Shown here: one piece after another, positions 47,247-56,001 of the stretch
Position numbering within the stretch: the stretch's first letter is position 1
How the letters are laid out: each line of letters opens with the position of its first letter
From: an uncultured Prevotellaceae bacterium
GTDB taxonomy: Bacteria; Bacteroidota; Bacteroidia; Bacteroidales; Bacteroidaceae
Assembly: GCA_947304115.1 (NCBI GenBank)
Contig: CAMZAE010000002.1
Coordinates: forward strand, 10,059-74,058
Length of the DNA stretch: 64,000 nucleotides
Direction of reading: 5' to 3'
Program-made: the position numbers and the translations under genes
The notes under the pieces: model-generated
Seen by the model: only the letters and a program-made list of their open reading frames with translations
The model's database searches: none
What the model was told of the DNA's origin: nothing

Positions 47247-49406
47247 TTATTTCCAATGTGCCCATTTGGTTTCAAAGTCCCAGATTTCAGCATCCAGCTT
47301 CAGGGCGCGTTCACACTCTTCCTTCGTCTTGTCCTTGGGTACGCGCGGACCTCTGAGGTTGACGAAAGGCTCACCGGCATCGTAGGCTGCCAGGACTGCA
47401 TCGAAGAACATCTGCCAGCGAACTTTGTAGAAGGTCTCCACCAGTCCGTCCCAGTCGCGGTTGGCATAGTCGGCGAGGTGATAGGTGTCGCCCCAGACGG
47501 TGATTATGGTACGGGCGTTCATCTCGAAGTAGTCTTTCTCCGCCTCAGTCTCGCCCCAGGCACGGGCATCGCGAACCCAGTCGTCGAGCGAGAACTCCTT
47601 GCAGGTCTTCAGCTCCGCAACCATCTTGTCGCACATGCCGAGGAACTCCTGCGAGGCCGCTACCATGCCTGCTCTGTCTCCTGCCTTATAAGCATCGGCG
47701 AAGCGCTTCCTTACGGCCAAAGCCCTGTTGCGGATGGACTGACGGCGTGTGTTGGCGAGGTCGAACTTGAGGTAGTTGGACGTGCCCTCTACCTTCTCCA
47801 AAATAGCCAGCGCTTCGTCGAGATTCTTGATGTCGTAGCCCTTTCGGAGTTCAGTCGTCCAGTTCCATTCGCCCTCGAGGTTAGGATGAGCGTTAATGAT
47901 GCCTGCCGCACCTGTACTTGTGTGAGTGGTGCAGACCTTATCGACCATCGTGTGCCAATATGCTCTGTAGTTTGCATCGGCGCGACCCAGATGGCGGTCG
48001 GCAATGTTGTCGATGTATGCGTCGAAGCCGATGCCTGTGTCCCAAGCCTGAGCCAGCATATGCTCATAGACAGGCTCGTTGAGACCAAAGCCTTCGAGCG
48101 TTGAGCCGATGCCCACGAACTCCTTGCCGCCCTCCTTCTTCGCGCCAGCAATCAGCTTGGCGTTGTGTTTGTAGTCACCCTCAATCTCCGTCATGCCACC
48201 GAAGTTGCCGAGGTAGCACCAAATGAACTTGTGGCCGTAGAAGTGTTCCGTCATTCGCCATATCTCGGTATAGTCGCACTCGTAGTCGAGCATAATCATC
48301 CTGCCTTGCGGCACGGCTGTGAGGTAGGCCTTGATGCGCTCTGGTGTCCAGGATCTCTTGTCGCTTATAAAGAGCCAGGCCATTTGGAGCCAAATGGCAT
48401 CGGGATCGACATTCGTCAGGGATTCATAGACGCCGGCAGATATCTTCGCCAGCGAGTCGGGTTCCCACGATGGGGGCGAAACTTCGTTGAAGAGGTCCAC
48501 ACCGTAGATGTGGTTGGTGCCGTACATCTTTGTCTGTTCCTCAAGAAAATCTTTCTGGATGCGGGCAAAGATGGGGTCGGAGGGATTAAGGTAGGTGCAG
48601 CGGTACTTCTCGTCGAAGTTGCACCAGCGGTTCACCTTAGATGTCTTGATGCCAGGTTGTGTCTGCTCCAAGTCTGCAGGGATGTGTCCTGCAAAGGCAG
48701 GAAGAACGGGTGTCATGTTCAGTTCGCGCTCGCGTTTCAAGATTTGTTCCTGCAACTTGGCTTGTCCGTCAATCCAGCTTTGGGGCAGCGGCCCTTGCCA
48801 GCGGTCGATGTTTATCATGCGTTGCCAAGGCAAATGGGCCGGGCCTGTGAAATAGGCGCGGATTTGCTCGTCGGTCATACCGTACTTGCGCCACACCTTT
48901 TGCCAAACGGCTTCCTGCCCTGTGATGGCAAGCGGCATGTTCACGCCGTTCAGCGCCATCCAGTCGATAAACCTTTCCCACTGCGGCCACTTCCACCACG
49001 GCATCGTGTAGCCGAAAGTGCAGTAGTTGAGGAAGAATCGGATGGGCACCTCCACCTTGCCCGACACCTTTTCGGGCACCCGCGGCATCTTCTTTGGCAG
49101 CTCAACAGGATTGAAGTCGTACCAGCTCACGTTGGCAAGACAATACTGCTGGATGTATCGGTTCAGGCCAACCGCCATAGAGTTGGCGTTGTTGCCTCGG
49201 ATGAGAACTTTCTTGCCCTTCTGTAGCAGTTCGTAAGAATCTGTTGTCTCATTGGTTTGTTCAAAGACAACGGCTTTGGCTTTGCCGCCCATCACTCTGC
49301 GTGCCAATGCTTCCGCAGCACGTTCATCGGCTGTCTTGAACGACATCAGCGCCAATGAAACCACCAGAAGCAAAAGGAATTTGAAGAGTTGTTTGTGTGT
49401 TCTCAT
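47247..49406 (-). CDS. Alpha-N-acetylglucosaminidase (GH89, NAGLU-like)
   Basis: It has a signal peptide. GVNMPLAITGQEAVWQKVW..YFTGPAHLPWQRM parallels the conserved NAGLU TIM-barrel segment. The stop is 3 nt before the fusion-gene start. Confidence 0.85.
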   Translation of the reverse strand: MRTHKQLFKFLLLLVVSLALMSFKTADERAAEALARRVMGGKAKAVVFEQTNETTDSYELLQKGKKVLIRGNNANSMAVGLNRYIQQYCLANVSWYDFNPVELPKKMPRVPEKVSGKVEVPIRFFLNYCTFGYTMPWWKWPQWERFIDWMALNGVNMPLAITGQEAVWQKVWRKYGMTDEQIRAYFTGPAHLPWQRMINIDRWQGPLPQSWIDGQAKLQEQILKRERELNMTPVLPAFAGHIPADLEQTQPGIKTSKVNRWCNFDEKYRCTYLNPSDPIFARIQKDFLEEQTKMYGTNHIYGVDLFNEVSPPSWEPDSLAKISAGVYESLTNVDPDAIWLQMAWLFISDKRSWTPERIKAYLTAVPQGRMIMLDYECDYTEIWRMTEHFYGHKFIWCYLGNFGGMTEIEGDYKHNAKLIAGAKKEGGKEFVGIGSTLEGFGLNEPVYEHMLAQAWDTGIGFDAYIDNIADRHLGRADANYRAYWHTMVDKVCTTHTSTGAAGIINAHPNLEGEWNWTTELRKGYDIKNLDEALAILEKVEGTSNYLKFDLANTRRQSIRNRALAVRKRFADAYKAGDRAGMVAASQEFLGMCDKMVAELKTCKEFSLDDWVRDARAWGETEAEKDYFEMNARTIITVWGDTYHLADYANRDWDGLVETFYKVRWQMFFDAVLAAYDAGEPFVNLRGPRVPKDKTKEECERALKLDAEIWDFETKWAHWK

Positions 49407-49502
49407 AGTTGAGATAATTTAATTTAATAACTGCTGCAAATTTACAAAAAAGCAAGCACAATGCAAAAGGAAAGCCTCGGTTTTTATTTTTATTGTTGAA
49501 CG

Positions 49503-50263
49503 GGAGTGCTTCCTTGTGACCGTTTGTTTAGCTGATTTTGTAAAAATTCTTCCCAACGACAAGCTCTCTGGCGGCCTCTTTTTGCTTTTGTGGCACTTTT
49601 CTACTCCAAACGCAAAATAATCGCTTAAAACGAATTGCCAATGATAATCAGCAAGTTATAAAAGTGCTTTTTGACGCGCAAAGCAAAGAAAGGATGGATT
49701 TCCTACATATTTCTGCTAAATTCCACATAATTTTGCCCGAAATTCGACGTAGGGAACAACCCAACGCAGCACGGGGAAATTGCAAACGCAACGTGGAGCG
49801 TTGGCCAACGCCCAGTGCGGCGTTGAAAAACGCCTCGTCTCGCACTGGCAACCTCCTTGCTTTTCGTCTCATTTTTTTGTAAAGATTATTCCCGATTAGG
49901 CTTTCAGAGGAAAAAGAACCTTTCACGTCACTTTTTGTTCTTTTTGAGATAAAACAGGGCCGAAGTATTGCCTTTTCAAAAAGAAATCGTACCTTTGCAG
50001 AGCAATCCGCAAGGAAAGCAACATCTTATTGGAAATAAACGAAGCGTTATGCTCGACTTGCTGACGGAAACGTAGGAAACTTCTGTGAATTGCAAGGAAA
50101 GTGGAGCGGTTCGCGTGCATAGCGTGGACTGGTTACATCTTCTCAATTCAAGGCAATTCCTACGGCCTCCGTCAGAAGAAGTGGTATATCAGTGCCACGC
50201 TTCTGCGTACTATTAAACTGTCCTTTTGGTACTGGAGGGCGATGTAAAACAAACTCAAATACA
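49503..50263. repeat. Inverted repeat copy B (leader/upstream region of the BIG2 / lipocalin-like gene)
   Basis: It is the reverse complement of 19335..20090, with the same identical core of about 245 nt. Confidence 0.9.
49990..49997 (+). promoter_or_regulatory. -7 box TACCTTTG driving the 50264 gene
   Basis: It is identical to the box in repeat copy A. It implies a leader of about 260 nt. Confidence 0.45.
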
Positions 50264-51610
50264 ATGAAAGTAAAGAGTATGATTGCAGCCCTGCTCCTGA
50301 TGATGGCAGGCCTGCAGACAACATGGGCACAAGGCTTCCGCGTGTACAAGAGTGACGGCACGGTGGCGCAGTTTAGCCTCCGCACCGACAGCATCGTGTT
50401 CTACGACGGCATCGGCAGCGACGTGGACTTTGGTCCCTACACCCACGTCAACCAGATGATTGTCGGCACATGGTACAAGTCGAAGACCGAGACGGTGACG
50501 TTTGGCGAAAACGGCAAGACAAACTACATCGCAGGAAGCACCCGCGCTTATAAATTCCTGCCTTATCAAGGTACGCTCATCATCTATAGTTCCACTGGCG
50601 TCCCGAAGAGTATTCTCAAAGTTCACGACGTGATGGCTGACACATTGGTTATTAGCTCGCTTGGCAGCACCGGGTTCAGCTATTTAACCCGTTTGCCGCA
50701 AAAGCAGTATGTCAAATCCATTGTATTGAGCGACGAGTCTCTCACGCTACAATTGGGTGAGACGCACCAACTCACAGCGATGGTAATGCCGGAGGATGCT
50801 GACAATCGTGCCGTGACATGGAAAAGCAGCAATGAAGATGTAGCCAAGGTGGATGCTAACGGAGTTGTCTCTGCCATAGCCGACGGCAGTTGCACCATTA
50901 CCTGTACTGCCAAGGATGGCAGCGGCGTGAAGGCAACGTGCGAGGTGTCGGTAATCACCCACGAGTGGGTTGACCTCGGCCTGCCCTCTGGCACGCTGTG
51001 GGCAACGTGCAACATCGGTGCCAACAGCCCTGAAGAGTACGGTGACTACTTCGCATGGGGCGAGACAACAGGCTACAATAGCGGCAAGACAAACTTCAGC
51101 TGGGAGACCTATAAGTACTATGATGCTACATGGGGAACTATAACCAAGTACTGCACAAACTTTAACAATGGAACGATTGACAACAGGACAGAACTCGAGC
51201 CAGAAGATGATGCCGCTACCGTCAGATGGGGAGCAGACTGGCAAATGCCAAGCGCTGGCCAAATGGAAGAATTATTAGATTTTAATAACTATGTCTACAC
51301 AGAGCATACTGGTTTAATAATTAATGGGATTTTGGGAGTAATGATAACAAGCAAGGTCAATGGGAACCGTATATTCCTGCCCGCAGCAAACTACATTGAG
51401 GGTGAAACAGTCTATGAATATTTCTCTGAAAGTGGAACAGAGAAAAGGTATTGTGCATATTGGACGCGCTCGCTCCATGCAAACAATTCTGTGCAGGCTT
51501 GCAGCTTATGGGGTATTCAGTACAATACGGTCTGGCAGCATCCGACACGCATAAGCGATGGCTGGGATCGCTACAAAGGTCTTAGCATCCGCCCCGTGCG
51601 AAAGCAATAA
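50264..51610 (+). CDS. Secreted protein: lipocalin-like N-terminus + bacterial Ig-like group 2 (BIG2) domain + DUF1566 / Fib_succ_major-like C-terminal domain
   Basis: The start at 50264 (MKVKSMIAALLLMMAGLQTTWAQG) is preferred. The BIG2 pattern is ..LTLQLGETHQLTAMVMPEDADNRAVTWKSSNEDVAKVD... The C-terminal motifs GDYFAWGET and WQMPS are typical of DUF1566. Confidence 0.7.
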   Translation: MKVKSMIAALLLMMAGLQTTWAQGFRVYKSDGTVAQFSLRTDSIVFYDGIGSDVDFGPYTHVNQMIVGTWYKSKTETVTFGENGKTNYIAGSTRAYKFLPYQGTLIIYSSTGVPKSILKVHDVMADTLVISSLGSTGFSYLTRLPQKQYVKSIVLSDESLTLQLGETHQLTAMVMPEDADNRAVTWKSSNEDVAKVDANGVVSAIADGSCTITCTAKDGSGVKATCEVSVITHEWVDLGLPSGTLWATCNIGANSPEEYGDYFAWGETTGYNSGKTNFSWETYKYYDATWGTITKYCTNFNNGTIDNRTELEPEDDAATVRWGADWQMPSAGQMEELLDFNNYVYTEHTGLIINGILGVMITSKVNGNRIFLPAANYIEGETVYEYFSESGTEKRYCAYWTRSLHANNSVQACSLWGIQYNTVWQHPTRISDGWDRYKGLSIRPVRKQ

Positions 51611-51632
51611 ATGAATAGCCAATAAAACAAGC

Positions 51633-51668
51633 GAAGGGGAGCAAACAGCTCCCCTTCATTGTTTTTTT
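51633..51668 (+). terminator. Rho-independent terminator
   Basis: The stem GAAGGGGAGC-AAACA-GCTCCCCTTC is followed by ATTGTTTTTTT. Confidence 0.7.
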
Positions 51669-51766
51669 GTCCCTGTCCCTAAAACAGGTGTTATTTCCCG
51701 CTGACTTCCATAATGTCTTCCTTCAGCATCTCAACAATGTCACTATGGATGTCTTTGGAAGGACTT

Positions 51767-53161
51767 TTATCTCCACCCTTCCAAGTCGGCTTCGGGAAAG
51801 AGGTCTGGGTTGAAGCGAGGCTCTTTCGTTCCCTTGCGACGTTGCTCCTTGAAGTCCTTCAAGAGGCGGAAGGCGTAGCGGCTCAACATTAGAACTGCAA
51901 TGAGGTTGAGGATGGTCATGAGCGCCATAGCGAGGTCAACGATGCTCCAGGCTTGCTGAAGCGTCATAAAGCCTCCCATGAGCACTACCACGCCGCTTAG
52001 CAGGCGGAACACTGTTATTGCCCAGGGCTTCCTCGTGATATAGCGGACGTTAGTCTCGCCATAGAAGTAGTTGGCGATGATGGTGCTATAGGCAAAGAGG
52101 AAGATGGCAGCCATCAGGAACCACCCGCCGAAACTGCCTAAGTGGTGCTCCATCGCATGACCTGTAAGGATAATGCCGTCGTAGTCGTTGGTATAAAGAC
52201 CGCTCAGCAGGATGATGAAAGCCGTGCAGGTACAGATGACAAGCGTGTCGGTAAAGACGCCCAGACTTTGCAACAAACCCTGTTGGACGGGATGCGGTAT
52301 GGTGGCCGTCGCAGCAGCATTGGGAGCACTTCCCTCGCCTGCCTCATTCGAGAAGAGGCCTCGCTTCACGCCTTGCATGATGGCAATGCCGACGGCTCCG
52401 CCTGCTGCCTGCTCCCATCCGAAAGCACTTCGCACGATAAGGCTCAGCATGGCGGGAATCTCCGTAACGTTGACAATCATAATGTAGAGTGCCAAAAGGA
52501 TATACCCTAAAGCCATGAAGGGCACGACCATAGCGCAGAAGCGGGCGATGCGCTGTATGCCGCCAAAGATGATAACGAGTGTCATTAAAGCCAGAGCTAT
52601 GGCAACGTATGATGTCGGCACCTTGAACGTCTCGCCGATGGCATCGCAAAGGGTGTTGCTCTGTACAATCTGGTTGGCAAGTCCGAAGCCGTAGATGATG
52701 AAGATGGCGAAGAGGACGCCCATCCAGGGACGCTTCAGGCCGTACTTCATGTAGTAGGCTGGCCCGCCGTAGAAGCTCTCCTTCCCGTGCCGCTTGAAGA
52801 GCTGTGCCAGCGTTGCTTCCATGAAGGCCGTGGCTGCCCCAAGCAGTGCCATCACCCACATCCAAAAGACCGCTCCAGGGCCGCCCACGAAGATAGCACT
52901 CGCCACACCAGCCAAGTTGCCCGTCCCTACTCTCGACGAGAGACTAATGGCAAAAGCCTGGAAGGAGGAAATCTTCTTTTTCCCAATGCTTTCGAAGCCG
53001 TCCTTGCTCGGCTTGAAGAGGTTGCGGAGCATAAGTGGCAGCATCGTGAACTGCACCGCCTTGAGGTTCCAAGTAAAGTAAAGCGCACACCCCACCAGCA
53101 TCGTAATGACCACGTATGTCCAAAGCCAATCGTTTATCGTATTGAAGAATTCAAAGCCCAT
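51767..53161 (-). CDS. Alanine/glycine:cation symporter (AGCS family)
   Basis: A 464-aa polytopic membrane protein with the AGCS signature ..VGGPGAVFWMWV.. and ..SNEAGEGSAP... Confidence 0.85.
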   Translation of the reverse strand: MGFEFFNTINDWLWTYVVITMLVGCALYFTWNLKAVQFTMLPLMLRNLFKPSKDGFESIGKKKISSFQAFAISLSSRVGTGNLAGVASAIFVGGPGAVFWMWVMALLGAATAFMEATLAQLFKRHGKESFYGGPAYYMKYGLKRPWMGVLFAIFIIYGFGLANQIVQSNTLCDAIGETFKVPTSYVAIALALMTLVIIFGGIQRIARFCAMVVPFMALGYILLALYIMIVNVTEIPAMLSLIVRSAFGWEQAAGGAVGIAIMQGVKRGLFSNEAGEGSAPNAAATATIPHPVQQGLLQSLGVFTDTLVICTCTAFIILLSGLYTNDYDGIILTGHAMEHHLGSFGGWFLMAAIFLFAYSTIIANYFYGETNVRYITRKPWAITVFRLLSGVVVLMGGFMTLQQAWSIVDLAMALMTILNLIAVLMLSRYAFRLLKDFKEQRRKGTKEPRFNPDLFPEADLEGWR

Positions 53162-53373
53162 AAATTCTATAACTATAATGCTGTTATAAGGTATTCCCTC
53201 GGTACTTAAAGGACTGCCTGTAGTATTGCTGTTTCCTTTGCATTCTTTTTCACAATATGTTGTGATTTAGACACAAAGTTAAGGAAAAGAATTATAAAGG
53301 CAAAGGAAATTCACAATAAATTGCGAATTCGGGTAGTAGAGCGAGCGTGATGATTGGTTTGCTCCTTTATCGA

Positions 53374-53970
53374 TTATCGAATTTTGATGCCCAGGACATA
53401 AAAATGAGGTATGTATTTGATGATGTCTGATGAAAGGTCGGACTTGATAATTTTATCACCGCAGAAACGAAAAACCCCGCTGTCAGCATCGTACCAGTAA
53501 GAGCCGAACAAGACGAGTGGCATGAATTTCCCCGTATCTGAGGTGGAAACAAGTTCAATGGGACGCGATTGATATAAATGCCGCTGTATCCTTGGTTCTC
53601 CTGGAGCAAAAACGGGCTTGAGTATTAGCTTGCCTGTAAAGCCTTCATCATTGTCGGATTGGAAGGAATAGACATATAATGAGTCATTGTCTGAGGGAGC
53701 CAATCCGATGACAAGTTTTTCTCCGACTGGGAAAGAAACATCAAAGTCAAGATAATTTCCCACCTCTTTTCCGTCAACATATTCCATGACAACAGTCTCA
53801 AGCTGCTTCCCTTTGAAATCCTTTGTGTCAAAACTATAGGCCATATAGCCTTTAGCATTAAGCAAAGGAATATAATCATTGAATGTTGCCTCTAATGTTT
53901 TCAAATTCTGTCCCTGCCCTGTCACTACGAAGATGGTGAGGAGAATTGTGATGATGGTTTGCTTGTTCAT
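53374..53970 (-). CDS. Hypothetical secreted protein
   Basis: It has a signal peptide (MNKQTIITILLTIFVVTGQGQ) and is 198 aa and AT-rich. I recognise no motif. Confidence 0.5.
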   Translation of the reverse strand: MNKQTIITILLTIFVVTGQGQNLKTLEATFNDYIPLLNAKGYMAYSFDTKDFKGKQLETVVMEYVDGKEVGNYLDFDVSFPVGEKLVIGLAPSDNDSLYVYSFQSDNDEGFTGKLILKPVFAPGEPRIQRHLYQSRPIELVSTSDTGKFMPLVLFGSYWYDADSGVFRFCGDKIIKSDLSSDIIKYIPHFYVLGIKIR

Positions 53971-54348
53971 TATTCCTTTACTTTTCTTATATAACGAATC
54001 TGGATGGTTTTTTATGACATTGAGGCAGAATAATTAAGGCTTATTCACAGAAGTTACTCCCGCGTCTCGCGACGCAGGAGCCGGGTGGCGTCAATTTATT
54101 AACTTTAAAAACCCAATCGGGATGATTATTCTTTGTCCTTCTTCGGTTCCATACCTTTCAGATACACCTTCTCACCGTTGATGTAGCTATCTCTTGTTTT
54201 TCTTTCTGATATGAAAACGAATCAACCGCCCCCAAATTGTATAAAGCCTTCACTTTTCCTGACATTTTGCTACAAAGATACCACTCTTTGCCGGTAATGA
54301 CAAGTTCACGACAAATTTTCTGTCCTTACCTGGTTAGCGGTGATGATG

Positions 54349-54561
54349 TCAACGACATTCCATTGGTACGAGTTTCAGGATAACGATTTGTGTGTCTGTG
54401 CCATAGCGTCTTGGCTTGTCACCAACAAGTTGTCTGACTCTTGCCAAGGCTTCTGTTTCACTTGCGCTATGCAGGCTTATCAATGCTGCCGATGTGTAAA
54501 CCAAAGTACATAATCTTCCTGCCATAAAGCCATATTCTACACGATACATTCTTACACCCAT
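54349..54561 (-). CDS. Small hypothetical protein (66-70 aa), third gene of the sigma/mini-DnaE cassette
   Basis: The ORF starts 13 nt downstream of the mini-DnaE stop. An alternative start is at 54549 (MYRVEYGF..). No motif is recognised. Confidence 0.35.
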   Translation of the reverse strand: MGVRMYRVEYGFMAGRLCTLVYTSAALISLHSASETEALARVRQLVGDKPRRYGTDTQIVILKLVPMECR

Positions 54562-54574
54562 AATTTTTTTTTGG

Positions 54575-55471
54575 TTATTTTATTTCGAATTTATACTTCT
54601 CTATTACCCGACTGACGGCATGGGCTTTCAGGAAAGCGCGAGGATTGCTGGTGAGGCGTTGCCAAGCTGTCTCGGCCTCTTCTATAGTAATATCATTTAG
54701 GTCTGCAAAGACTTCCTTTTTGTAAGTTTCCACTTGCTCCTTTTCTCCCCGCTGGATGGCGATACGAATTTGGTTGGCCTTGATGCTGCCTGCATGAAAG
54801 GTCTCGCGGAGGAGGTCCATTATCTGCTCCTGATAAATCAAGCGGCCGAAAGTGGAAGGCTCTTGGATATAAGCTTCGTACAAATCCATTGTCTGAGGGA
54901 AGTAGAGGGCATAGCGGGCCAACTCATCATCGAGGTTTTCTGGCAAAGGCCTCTTATGCTTGTTGCTTAGATACGTCGAAGGACACAAGTCCTGGAACAG
55001 GCATTCTCTGATGGCTGCGATGTCATAATCTCCGGCGTTGGCTTGCAGCAAAGCCTCTGCTTCTTCCTTGAACTCGTCAAAACGCGAAGCTTCGATGTCG
55101 AACTGGAATTTAGGCAGGCCGTCGTTGACAAAGCGGGCAGAGTGAAGACCGTATTTCATAGGATCAACCTCCGTAAGCCCCAGACAATAACAGACAATAG
55201 AGGAAGGCATTGCGCCCCTTGCCCAAACATTTATCTCTGCCGACATTGCATACTTCCTAAAAATCCAAAAGGCCATGATGTAGTAATCGACAAAGCCTGC
55301 GTTGATAATTTGCTTCATTTCCCATAGCATTTTCACGGGTATCATACTGCAAAGTGTTACAGATGGCTTAATCTTTACGCTCTTGAGATTATCGCCATAA
55401 CGCTTTTTCATGCCAGTCGATACAAGCTTTTGAAGTAATTCTGCGTGTGTCATTTTCATTTTCTTATTCAT
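54575..55471 (-). CDS. Pol III alpha (DnaE)-derived 298-aa protein lacking the PHP domain, most of the palm/thumb, and the beta-binding and OB domains
   Basis: The start at 55471 ([13 protein letters not shown]) overlaps the sigma-like stop by 8 nt. The segments [68 protein letters not shown] and FLKAHAVS parallel conserved DnaE palm-entry and finger motifs. This alignment is from memory. Confidence 0.6.
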   Translation of the reverse strand: MNKKMKMTHAELLQKLVSTGMKKRYGDNLKSVKIKPSVTLCSMIPVKMLWEMKQIINAGFVDYYIMAFWIFRKYAMSAEINVWARGAMPSSIVCYCLGLTEVDPMKYGLHSARFVNDGLPKFQFDIEASRFDEFKEEAEALLQANAGDYDIAAIRECLFQDLCPSTYLSNKHKRPLPENLDDELARYALYFPQTMDLYEAYIQEPSTFGRLIYQEQIMDLLRETFHAGSIKANQIRIAIQRGEKEQVETYKKEVFADLNDITIEEAETAWQRLTSNPRAFLKAHAVSRVIEKYKFEIK

Positions 55472-55862
55472 GTTTCTGCTCCTTAAAGATACTGCGACAA
55501 TAAATTTGTTGAACTCTCTTTTCTGTGATTTCCCATTCTTTAGCGATGTCTGCCAAAGGACGACCTTCATCGATACCCTTCCGGATGCTGCGTTCACGTT
55601 CCGAGAGTGTGCTTTGTCCGCCTGAAGAATAATTGACCAAGGCCTGTAGGATGCTTTGCCTTACCCACCATACGGCATAGCTCATAAAGGTACAGCCCTT
55701 GTCTTGGTCGAACCTTTCTGCTGCCACCTCAAGCCCTTTGTTCCCCTCTTCGATAAGTTGTTCCAGCGTGAGACCTTGGTTCAAATACTGCTTCGCCACA
55801 GCCTCAACATAACGGCGGTTCTCTGTGACTAACTCTTCTGTGTTCATTTTCTTGTTCATCAT
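55464..55862 (-). CDS. Minimal sigma-70-family protein (region 2 plus a region-4-like HTH, 132 aa)
   Basis: [38 protein letters not shown] matches sigma-70 regions 2.1-2.4. [23 protein letters not shown] is a region-4.2-like HTH. Confidence 0.7.
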   Translation of the reverse strand: MMNKKMNTEELVTENRRYVEAVAKQYLNQGLTLEQLIEEGNKGLEVAAERFDQDKGCTFMSYAVWWVRQSILQALVNYSSGGQSTLSERERSIRKGIDEGRPLADIAKEWEITEKRVQQIYCRSIFKEQKHE

Positions 55863-55924
55863 AACAGTTTTTAGTTAAGAGGAATGTCCCTCCATATTAT
55901 ATATATCTTTATACGATGAAATAA

Positions 55925-55967
55925 ACGAAAAAACGGCGTTTTTGCCACATAATGTGCAAAAACGCCG
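55925..55967 (-). terminator. Rho-independent terminator of the WYL/PD-(D/E)xK operon
   Basis: The 12-bp stem CGGCGTTTTTGC / GCAAAAACGCCG has a 10-nt loop. On the - strand it is followed by TTTTTTCG. Confidence 0.7.
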
Positions 55968-56001
55968 CAGAAAGAGGGCAGATTTTTAAATATAATGACA
56001 C

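Noticed and set aside
51690-51766. A frame just past the AGCS stop reads ..SPSKDIHSDIVEMLKEDIMEVSGK*, which suggested a frameshifted longer C-terminus
   Set aside because: The AGCS ORF already has full family length (464 aa) and ends after the last TM helix. The extra frame is short and uncharacteristic. It cannot be tested without orthologue alignment.
54120-54200. A short - strand frame ..ERKTRDSYINGEKVYLKGMEPKKDKE* in the non-coding stretch of the island
   Set aside because: It has no start codon, is under 35 codons, and has no recognisable family. It may be a gene relic, but this is unsupported.
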